From: Armatimonadota bacterium
GTDB taxonomy: Bacteria; Sysuimicrobiota; Sysuimicrobiia; Sysuimicrobiales; Humicultoraceae
Length of the DNA: 33,555 nt
Assembly: GCA_016198805.1 (NCBI GenBank)
Contig: JACQHU010000019.1
Span: forward strand, 1 to 33,555
Direction of reading: 5' to 3'
In this document: positions 26,884-33,555 of the stretch, piece after piece
Layout: the number at the start of each line of letters is the position of its first letter
How positions within the stretch are numbered: position 1 is the stretch's first letter
The notes under the pieces: model-generated
The model's database searches: none
What the model was told of the DNA's origin: nothing
The model's input: only the letters and a program-made list of their open reading frames with translations
Program-made: the position numbers and the translations under genes

Positions 26884-27069
26884 CTACCAGCTCGCCTTCA
26901 CCATGCCGGGGATTTCACCGCGATACGCCAGCTGCCGCAGGCAGATCCGGCACAACCCGAAGCGGCGAAAGACCGCCCGCGGACGCCCGCACCGCCGGCA
27001 CCGGGAGTACTTGCGCACGGCGAACCTCGGGGTGCGCTTCCACTTCTCGATCATTGACTTCTTCGGCAC
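26884..27069 (-). CDS. rpsN: 30S ribosomal protein S14 (short Zn-binding type Z)
   Basis: 61 aa from GTG 27069; RCRRCGRPR...GLCRICLR; ends KASW. Confidence 0.95.
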   Translation of the reverse strand: MPKKSMIEKWKRTPRFAVRKYSRCRRCGRPRAVFRRFGLCRICLRQLAYRGEIPGMVKASW

Positions 27070-27070
27070 G

Positions 27071-27646
27071 CTAGGCTCCTCTCTCGACCGCCCCTGCAGG
27101 CACCGGCTCCCGCAGCGGCAGTCCCAGCAGGCGTAGCAGTTCGCGGGCCTGTTCATCGTTCGGGGCCGTGGTCACCACGGTGATGTCCAGCCCCCGCATC
27201 TTGTCGACCTTGTCGTAGTCGATCTCCGGGAAGATCAACTGCTCCTTGATGCCCAGGTTGAGGTTCCCCCGACCGTCAAAGGCGCGGTCGGAGACCCCCC
27301 GGAAGTCTTTGATGCGCGGGAGCGACACGCTGAAGAGCTTGTCCAGGAACTCGTACATGCGGTCGCCCCGCAGGGTGACCTTCACCCCGATGGGCATCCC
27401 CTGACGCAGCTTGAACGCCGCGATGGACCGGCGGGCCCGCGTCACGACGGGCCGCTGGCCCGCGATCAGAGTGAGTTCCTCGACCGTCTTGTCGATCTGC
27501 CGGGGGTCAGACGCCGCCGCGCCCACCCGCATGTTGAGCACGACCTTCTCCAGCCGCGGCACCTGCATGACGTTGGCGTACTGGAACCGCTCGCGCATCT
27601 GCGGCACGACTGCTATCCGATATCGTTCCTTCAGCCTCGCTGCCAT
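27071..27646 (-). CDS. rplE: 50S ribosomal protein L5
   Basis: [24 protein letters not shown] and FDGRGN motifs. Confidence 0.97.
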   Translation of the reverse strand: MAARLKERYRIAVVPQMRERFQYANVMQVPRLEKVVLNMRVGAAASDPRQIDKTVEELTLIAGQRPVVTRARRSIAAFKLRQGMPIGVKVTLRGDRMYEFLDKLFSVSLPRIKDFRGVSDRAFDGRGNLNLGIKEQLIFPEIDYDKVDKMRGLDITVVTTAPNDEQARELLRLLGLPLREPVPAGAVERGA

Positions 27647-27671
27647 CGCTCTCCTCAGCCCTGCCGTCCGC

Positions 27672-28016
27672 CTACTTTTCCAGCTGCTCGCCGCAGCGCT
27701 TGCAGTACCGCACCTTGGTCCCGTCGTCCAGGATCCGCCGGCCGGTCCGCGCGGCCTCGCCGCACCGGGTGCAGACCACCATGAGGCGGGCCACGGGCAG
27801 GGGGGCTTCCTTCTCCACGATGCCGCCCTGCTGCCCCTTGGCGATATTGGGCTTCATGTGATGCTTGACGAGATTGACCCTTTCGACAATGACGCGTCCC
27901 TCGTCCGTCAGGACCCGCAGCACCTTCCCGCGCTTTCCGCGAAACTTGCCCCCGATGACCTCCACCATGTCCCCCTTGCGGAGGTGCCACCGGAGCCTCG
28001 CCTCGACGATCGCCAT
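27672..28016 (-). CDS. rplX: 50S ribosomal protein L24
   Basis: [19 protein letters not shown] and GGIVEKEAP motifs; ATG 28016. Confidence 0.95.
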   Translation of the reverse strand: MAIVEARLRWHLRKGDMVEVIGGKFRGKRGKVLRVLTDEGRVIVERVNLVKHHMKPNIAKGQQGGIVEKEAPLPVARLMVVCTRCGEAARTGRRILDDGTKVRYCKRCGEQLEK

Positions 28017-28039
28017 CGTCCCTGCCTCCAGCAACGCGC

Positions 28040-28408
28040 CTACAGCACTTCCGGCGCGAGCGAGATGATCTTCATGAACTGCTTCTCGCGCAACTCTCGG
28101 GCGACCGGACCGAAGATCCGCGTCCCCCGTGGGTTCGCGGCGTCGGATAGCAGCACCGCCGCGTTGTCGTCGAACCGGATATACGAGCCGTCCGGTCGCC
28201 GGAGTTCCTTTTTGGTCCGGACGACCACGGCCCGGACGACCTCGCCCTTCTTGACCGGGCTGTTGGGAATGGCCTGCTTCACCGACGCCACGATGATGTC
28301 GCCCACCGTGGCGTACCGCCGGTGGGATCCCCCCAGGACGCGGATGCACAACAGTTCCCGCGCGCCGGTGTTGTCCGCGACCTTCAGACGGCTCTGCTGC
28401 TGGATCAC
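28040..28408 (-). CDS. rplN: 50S ribosomal protein L14
   Basis: VADNTGA, FDDNAAV and [13 protein letters not shown] motifs. Confidence 0.97.
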   Translation of the reverse strand: MIQQQSRLKVADNTGARELLCIRVLGGSHRRYATVGDIIVASVKQAIPNSPVKKGEVVRAVVVRTKKELRRPDGSYIRFDDNAAVLLSDAANPRGTRIFGPVARELREKQFMKIISLAPEVL

Positions 28409-28421
28409 GACGCCACCCCGC

Positions 28422-28679
28422 CTACTCTGCGCGCTTCAAGATCTCGACGACCCGCCACCGCTTCTCCTGGGACACGGGGCGGGTCTCCACGATGCGCACG
28501 CGATCGCCGGCCCTGGCCTGGTTCTGCTCATCGTGGGCCTTGACGCTGCGGCTGCGCCGCACGGCCTTCTTGTACAGGGGATGGTGAGTGATGGTCTCGA
28601 TCCGGACGACCACCGTCTTGGTCATCTTGTCGCTGGTCACCACACCCACCTGGTTCTTCCGCCTGCCCCGCTCTGCCAT
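28422..28679 (-). CDS. rpsQ: 30S ribosomal protein S17
   Basis: [20 protein letters not shown] and ETRPVS..KRW motifs. Confidence 0.97.
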   Translation of the reverse strand: MAERGRRKNQVGVVTSDKMTKTVVVRIETITHHPLYKKAVRRSRSVKAHDEQNQARAGDRVRIVETRPVSQEKRWRVVEILKRAE

Positions 28680-28701
28680 CCGTTGATCCCCGCCTCTCCC
28701 C

Positions 28702-28890
28702 CTAGACCCGGACGCCCTGGGCGTCCAGCGTGGCCTTCAGCCGCGCGATGTCCCGGCGCAGCTCCCGGATGCGGGAGGTGTTGCGCTGCTGCGACACCTT
28801 GATCCGCAGCAAGAACAGTTCGCGGTCGGCCTCTTCCAGTTTCTTCATGAGTTCCGCGGAGGTCAGCTCCCGCATCGCGCTCGCCTTCAT
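28702..28890 (-). CDS. rpmC: 50S ribosomal protein L29
   Basis: ELFLLR and [12 protein letters not shown] motifs; located between rplP and rpsQ. Confidence 0.94.
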   Translation of the reverse strand: MKASAMRELTSAELMKKLEEADRELFLLRIKVSQQRNTSRIRELRRDIARLKATLDAQGVRV

Positions 28891-28892
28891 GG

Positions 28893-29306
28893 TCAGGCCA
28901 CCACCCGCGTGACGAACTTGGTCTTGATCGGCAGCTTGTGGGACGCCAGCGCCATGGCCTCCCTGGCCTGGCCCTCTGGCACGCCGGAGAGCTCAAAGAG
29001 GATCCGGCCGGGCCGGACCACCGCGACCCAGAACTCGGGGTTGCCCTTCCCGCTGCCCATGCGCGTTTCGGCCGGCTTCTTGGTCACCGGCTTGTCGGGG
29101 AACAGGCGGATCCATAGCTTCCCCCCCCGGCGGATGTACCGGGTGATCGTCCGGCGGGCGGCTTCCAGCTGAGCGCTCGTGACCCATCCGGGTGCCAGCG
29201 CCTGTAGCCCGTACTCCCCGAAGACGACGGTGGAGCCGGCGAACGCCTTGCCCGCCCGGCTCCCCCGGTGCGCCTTACGAAACTTTGTCCGCTTGGGCAT
29301 CAACAT
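28893..29306 (-). CDS. rplP: 50S ribosomal protein L16
   Basis: [15 protein letters not shown] and [13 protein letters not shown] motifs. Confidence 0.97.
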   Translation of the reverse strand: MLMPKRTKFRKAHRGSRAGKAFAGSTVVFGEYGLQALAPGWVTSAQLEAARRTITRYIRRGGKLWIRLFPDKPVTKKPAETRMGSGKGNPEFWVAVVRPGRILFELSGVPEGQAREAMALASHKLPIKTKFVTRVVA

Positions 29307-30054
29307 CGGTGCCCTTCCTCCTGACGCTCGCCGGCTCGGTGCGGCTGGGAATCACTACGGGCCCCGTCCCCCCGCCTGAGGCAGGCTCGGGCCGCGGGGG
29401 CCGGCGGAGCTCCGGCTCGTGCCGCCGGCCTTCGGGCAGAATCTCGCCCCGGTAGATCCAGACCTTCACCCCAATGCGCCCGTAGGTGGTAAGCGCCTCG
29501 GCGACCCCGAAGTCGATGTCGGCTCGCAGCGTGTGCAGCGGGACGCGGCCTTCCCGGTACCACTCGTACCGCGCGATCTCCGCGCCGCCGAGGCGACCGC
29601 TGCACGCGATCCGGATGCCCTTGGCGCCGGCCCGAAGGCTGCGCTGAACCGCCTGTTTCATGGCGCGCCGGTAGGCGATGCGGCGCTCCAGCTGCGCCGC
29701 GACGTTCTCGGCGACCAGCTGGGCCTCGATCTCGGGCCGCCGCACCTCATTGACGCTGAGCAGGATCTGGCGGCCGGTGAGCGCATCCAGTTCTTTCTTC
29801 AGGGCGTCGATCCCCGTGCCGCCCCGGCCGATGATGATCCCCGGGCGCGCCGAATGGATGATGACGCGCGCCCGGTTGGCGGCGCGCTCGATCTCCACGC
29901 GGGAGATCCCGGCCCGGTGCAGCTTCTTCTTGATCAGGGTCCGGATCTTCTGATCCTCCTCGATCAGGGCCGCCATGTCCTTGGCATACCAGCGCGACTC
30001 CCAATCGCGGATGATCCCCACCCGCAGCCCGACCGGATTAACCTTTTGCCCCAC
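29275..30054 (-). CDS. rpsC: 30S ribosomal protein S3
   Basis: [21 protein letters not shown] and [13 protein letters not shown] motifs. Confidence 0.97.
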   Translation of the reverse strand: MGQKVNPVGLRVGIIRDWESRWYAKDMAALIEEDQKIRTLIKKKLHRAGISRVEIERAANRARVIIHSARPGIIIGRGGTGIDALKKELDALTGRQILLSVNEVRRPEIEAQLVAENVAAQLERRIAYRRAMKQAVQRSLRAGAKGIRIACSGRLGGAEIARYEWYREGRVPLHTLRADIDFGVAEALTTYGRIGVKVWIYRGEILPEGRRHEPELRRPPRPEPASGGGTGPVVIPSRTEPASVRRKGTDVDAQADKVS

Positions 30055-30075
30055 CGTCCACCTCCGCTGCGCGGC

Positions 30076-30417
30076 CTAGCGGCCCGCGCGCTCCCCCACG
30101 ACCACAGTGATGTGACTCGTCCGCTTGGTCAGGATATCTGCCCGGCCGCGCGCCCGGGGCTGGAGCCGTTTCGTCACCGGCCCCTTGTCGACATACGCCC
30201 GGGCGACCACCAGATCGTCGGCGTCCAGTTCCAGGTTGTTCTCGGCATTGGCCACCGCCGATTGCAGGACTTTGGCCACCATCTTGGCGATCACGCCGGG
30301 CGCCACGCGCAACCGGGCTTCGGCCTCGCTCACCGGCAGCCCGCGCAACCCCTGCAGGGCGCGGCGGGCCTTACGGGGCGACACGCTCTGGTATCGGGCC
30401 GTGGCCGTTGCCTCCAT
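30076..30417 (-). CDS. rplV: 50S ribosomal protein L22
   Basis: SPRKAR, SAVANAE and PRARGRA..KRTSHITVV motifs. Confidence 0.97.
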   Translation of the reverse strand: MEATATARYQSVSPRKARRALQGLRGLPVSEAEARLRVAPGVIAKMVAKVLQSAVANAENNLELDADDLVVARAYVDKGPVTKRLQPRARGRADILTKRTSHITVVVGERAGR

Positions 30418-30432
30418 GACGTCCTCCTGCCC

Positions 30433-30717
30433 CTACTTCAACGTGCTCGAGCGCTCGGTGTGCGCGCCGTGCCCCCTGAACGTCCGCGTCGGGGCGAACT
30501 CGCCGAGCTTGTGTCCGACCATCTGCTCCGTGACGTAGGTCGGGACATGCTTCCGGCCGTCATACACGGCGATGGTGTGCCCGACGAACTCCGGGAGGAT
30601 GGTCGAGCGCCGCGACCAGGTCTTGATGACCCGCCGCTCCCGCGAGCGGTTCAACTCCCGCACCTTCTCGGCCAGATGCTCGTCGACGAACGGCCCTTTC
30701 TTCCGCGATCGTCCCAT
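30433..30717 (-). CDS. rpsS: 30S ribosomal protein S19
   Basis: KKGPFVD, TWSRRS and [13 protein letters not shown] motifs. Confidence 0.97.
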   Translation of the reverse strand: MGRSRKKGPFVDEHLAEKVRELNRSRERRVIKTWSRRSTILPEFVGHTIAVYDGRKHVPTYVTEQMVGHKLGEFAPTRTFRGHGAHTERSSTLK

Positions 30718-30737
30718 GCCTGGTTCGCGCCTCCCGA

Positions 30738-31562
30738 TTACTCGCGCCGCTTCACGATCAGCGCATCGCTGCGCTTGGCTTTCCGCGTCTTATAGCCCAG
30801 CGTGGGTTTGCCCCACGGGCTGACCGGTCCCGGCATGCCGACCGGCGACCGCCCCTCGCCGCCGCCGTGGGGGTGGCTGGATGGATCCATCGCGACCCCG
30901 CGCACGGACGGGCGCCAGCCCATCCACCGGACGCGGCCGGCCTTGCCCAGCTTGATGGCCTCGTGCTCCAGGTTGCCGACCTGCCCCACCGTCGCCCGGC
31001 AGTCCTGGGGCACCAGGCGCACCTCGCCGGACGGCAGCCGGAGGTGCGCGAATGCGCCCTCCTTGGCCATGATCTGGGCGCCGCTCCCGGCGGCCCGGAC
31101 TATCTGCCCGCCGCGCGACGGCATGAGTTCGACGTTGTGGACCACGGTGCCCACCGGGATCGCGCGCAACGGCAGGGCGTTCCCCGGCCGGATGTCCGCG
31201 TCGGGCCCGGATGTCACCACATCGCCCACGTTGAGGCCCACCGGCGCCAGGATGTACCGCTTCTCCCCGTCGGCGTACTGCAGCAGCGCGATCCGGGCCG
31301 AGCGGTTCGGGTCATATTCGATGGCTTTGACTCGGCCCGGCACGCCGTCTTTGTCCCGCTTGAAGTCGATCACGCGGTACTGACGCTTGTGCCCGCCGCC
31401 CCGGTGGCGGACGGTGATCTTTCCCTGCCCGTTGCGGCCGGCTCGCTGCGTCAGCGGCTGGACCAGCGACCGCTCCGGCCTGGCCTTCGTGATCTCCTCA
31501 TACGTGGAGCCCGTGGCGAAGCGTCGGCCCGGCGTGGTCGGTGCGTACTTCTTGATGCCCAT
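30738..31562 (-). CDS. rplB: 50S ribosomal protein L2
   Basis: [16 protein letters not shown] and HPHGGGEG motifs. Confidence 0.97.
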   Translation of the reverse strand: MGIKKYAPTTPGRRFATGSTYEEITKARPERSLVQPLTQRAGRNGQGKITVRHRGGGHKRQYRVIDFKRDKDGVPGRVKAIEYDPNRSARIALLQYADGEKRYILAPVGLNVGDVVTSGPDADIRPGNALPLRAIPVGTVVHNVELMPSRGGQIVRAAGSGAQIMAKEGAFAHLRLPSGEVRLVPQDCRATVGQVGNLEHEAIKLGKAGRVRWMGWRPSVRGVAMDPSSHPHGGGEGRSPVGMPGPVSPWGKPTLGYKTRKAKRSDALIVKRRE

Positions 31563-31583
31563 CGCGGCCTCCTGACGTCGGCC

Positions 31584-31868
31584 CTAGGTCAGACTCTCGA
31601 GATCGATCTTCTGGCCCGGGGCCAGTGTCACGATCGCCTTGCGCCGCCCGGGGGAAGTGAACTCGTACCGTCCCCGCCTCCGGGTGCGGCCCCGGAGATT
31701 CATGATGTTCACTTTGCGCACCCGGACGGAAAACAGCTCCTGAACGGCCTGCCGGACAGTAATCTTGTTTGCCCCCGGGGCCACTTCAAAGGTGTACTTG
31801 CCGGCTTCACCGCCCCGCAGGCTCTTCTCGGTGAGGATCGGCCTCCGGATGATCGTCCGCGGGTTCAC
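31584..31868 (-). CDS. rplW: 50S ribosomal protein L23
   Basis: P.LTEKS, YTFEV...ANK and KAIVTL motifs. Confidence 0.96.
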   Translation of the reverse strand: MNPRTIIRRPILTEKSLRGGEAGKYTFEVAPGANKITVRQAVQELFSVRVRKVNIMNLRGRTRRRGRYEFTSPGRRKAIVTLAPGQKIDLESLT

Positions 31869-32491
31869 GGCGCCAGCACCTCCTGCAGCTCGGTCAGCGC
31901 CCCACGCGTGATCAGCATGGGACGCGGGAGCAGCAGATGACGCACGGTCAGCCGTCGCGCCGCCAGGACCCGCGCGCCGCGCACGTTGGCCGCTGCCCGC
32001 GCGAGGGTGGCATCACCGGCTCCGGTCACGATCACCGCGCCGCCCTCGGCGCCCAGCGCCCGCAGCAGCGCGGCCACCGTCGCGGTCCGCGGCCGGTCGG
32101 TTGCCGACGGGTCGACCACGGTGACGCGGCCAGCCCGGACCTGGGCCGAGAGCGCCGACCGGAGCGCCAGGGCGCGCTCCTGCCGGTTCTGCTTCGGCGA
32201 GTAATCCTGCGGGCGCGGGCCGAAGGTGATGGCCCCGCCCACCCACAGCGGGGAGCGCCGGCTCCCGTGCCGGGCCCGGCCGGTCCCCTTCTGACGCCAC
32301 GGCTTGCGACCTCCACCCCGGACCATCCCTCGCGTCCTGGTGGCATGGGTGCCGGCGCGGGCGCTGGCCATCTCGGTCACCACGGCCCGGTGCAGCACCG
32401 CGCGGTGCGGTGCGAGGCCGAAGATCTCCTCCGGCAGGTCGAGCTCCCCCGTCGGGGCGCCCGTGGCATCCACGGTCGTCACCTTAGGCAT
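31865..32491 (-). CDS. rplD: 50S ribosomal protein L4
   Basis: GGGRKPWRQKGTGRARHGS.RSP.W.GG...FGP motif. Confidence 0.97.
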   Translation of the reverse strand: MPKVTTVDATGAPTGELDLPEEIFGLAPHRAVLHRAVVTEMASARAGTHATRTRGMVRGGGRKPWRQKGTGRARHGSRRSPLWVGGAITFGPRPQDYSPKQNRQERALALRSALSAQVRAGRVTVVDPSATDRPRTATVAALLRALGAEGGAVIVTGAGDATLARAAANVRGARVLAARRLTVRHLLLPRPMLITRGALTELQEVLAP

Positions 32492-32525
32492 CCTGCACGG
32501 CCCGCTCGTTCGCCCTGGCCTTCAT

Positions 32526-33158
32526 TTACGCGTTCCTCTCCCGCGCGCTCCTCACCAGCAGCAACGCGCCCCGGATCCCCGGGGTCGCCCCGCGGACCAG
32601 CAAGAGGTCCCGCTTGGGGTCGACCTGGACCACCCGCAGCCGGCGGACGGTCACCCGCTTGTTCCCCGCTCGGCCGGGCATGCGCTTCCCGGGGAGCACG
32701 CGGGCCACATCCGAGGAGCCGATGGATCCCACGGCCCGGTGCATCAACGACACGCCGTGCGAATCCCGCTGCCCGCTAAAGCCGTGGCGCTTCATGGCGC
32801 CTGCGAAGCCCTTGCCGATGCTCGTGCCGGTCACATCAACGAGCTGGCCGGGGGCGAACGCCTCCACGGTGATGGTCTGGCCGGGCTGGACCGTCCCGCC
32901 CTCGGGCATGGGCACCTCGCGGATCACCCGGTGCGGGGGGATCTTGCGTTTCGCGAAGACCCCGCGCAGGGGCTTGGTGAGCTTGCGCTCCGGGACCGGC
33001 TCGAAGGCGACCTGGACCGCCGCGTACCCGTCGCGCTCGGGCGTCCGGGTATCGACCACGACGCAGGGGCCGGCCTCGATCACGGTCACCGACACGCTCT
33101 GGCCCTGCTCGTCGAAGATGCGGGTCATGCCAAGTTTTCGCCCAAGGATGGCCGCCAT
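32526..33158 (-). CDS. rplC: 50S ribosomal protein L3
   Basis: GRKLGMT, DGYAAVQ, SIGKGFAG and PGKRMPG motifs. Confidence 0.97.
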   Translation of the reverse strand: MAAILGRKLGMTRIFDEQGQSVSVTVIEAGPCVVVDTRTPERDGYAAVQVAFEPVPERKLTKPLRGVFAKRKIPPHRVIREVPMPEGGTVQPGQTITVEAFAPGQLVDVTGTSIGKGFAGAMKRHGFSGQRDSHGVSLMHRAVGSIGSSDVARVLPGKRMPGRAGNKRVTVRRLRVVQVDPKRDLLLVRGATPGIRGALLLVRSARERNA

Positions 33159-33167
33159 CGCTGCCCT

Positions 33168-33479
33168 CTACAGCTTGATCTCGATGTCCACGCCCGCCGG
33201 CAGGTCGAGGTGCATCAACTCGTCGACGGTCTTCTGGGTCGGCTCCAGGATATCGATCAGACGTCGATGGGTCCGGATTTCGAAGTGCTCCATCGACTCC
33301 TTATCGATATGGGGGGATCGGATCACACAGTAGACGTTCCGGTTCGTCGGCAGGGGCACCGGTCCCGACACCCGTGCGCCAGACTTGCGGACGACGCTGA
33401 CGATCTTCTCGGCCGACTGGTCCAGGACTTTGTGATCGAAGGCCTTGAGCTTGATGCGGATCTTCTGCGCGACGGCCAT
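33168..33479 (-). CDS. rpsJ: 30S ribosomal protein S10
   Basis: [19 protein letters not shown] and RSPH..K.S.E.FE..TH.RLIDI motifs; ATG 33479. Confidence 0.97.
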   Translation of the reverse strand: MAVAQKIRIKLKAFDHKVLDQSAEKIVSVVRKSGARVSGPVPLPTNRNVYCVIRSPHIDKESMEHFEIRTHRRLIDILEPTQKTVDELMHLDLPAGVDIEIKL

Positions 33480-33483
33480 GAGC

Positions 33484-33555
33484 CTACTCCACGACCTTCG
33501 TGACGACGCCGGCGCCCACGGTCCGCCCGCCTTCCCGGATCGCAAACCGCAGCCC
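33484..33555 (-). CDS. tuf: Elongation factor Tu, C-terminal 23 aa (partial; not in the ORF track)
   Basis: Manual translation [23 protein letters not shown], the conserved EF-Tu C-terminus. Confidence 0.95.
   Translation of the reverse strand, partial: GLRFAIREGGRTVGAGVVTKVVE

Noticed and set aside
1-33555. CRISPR arrays, rRNA genes, intact integrase/transposase or defence systems
   Set aside because: None seen. Nearly all of the sequence is accounted for by recognisable housekeeping or transport genes with short spacers.

Overview
High-GC bacterial chromosomal segment with three parts. (1) 1-410: the right-hand junction of an element integrated into tRNA-Val(TAC). It has a displaced tRNA 3' half, tandem arm-type-like repeats and a probable IS1634-like transposase scrap. 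(2) 512-12032: an ion/osmotic-stress block with chrA, a complete group 1 mrpABCDEFG Na+/H+ antiporter operon, a site-2 protease with CBS domains, an SLC13/TrkA-C permease and a TreT-like glycosyltransferase. (3) 12077-33555, all minus strand: the 3' end of tuf, the complete S10-spc-alpha ribosomal supercluster, ecfA1-ecfA2-ecfT-truA, then tRNA(CAT)-reoM/ireB-murA-secreted trypsin-like protease where rplM-rpsI would usually follow. The most interesting observation is this last unit. The ReoM/IreB regulator of MurA proteolysis, with Thr at residue 7, is encoded directly upstream of a MurA/MurZ-like gene. Both sit behind a perfect extended -10 promoter and a tRNA with a non-canonical A54 T-loop. 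Gene order is Bacillota-like while GC is very high; an Armatimonadota-related or other deep Terrabacteria lineage is a guess only. All calls come from motif recognition without database searches.
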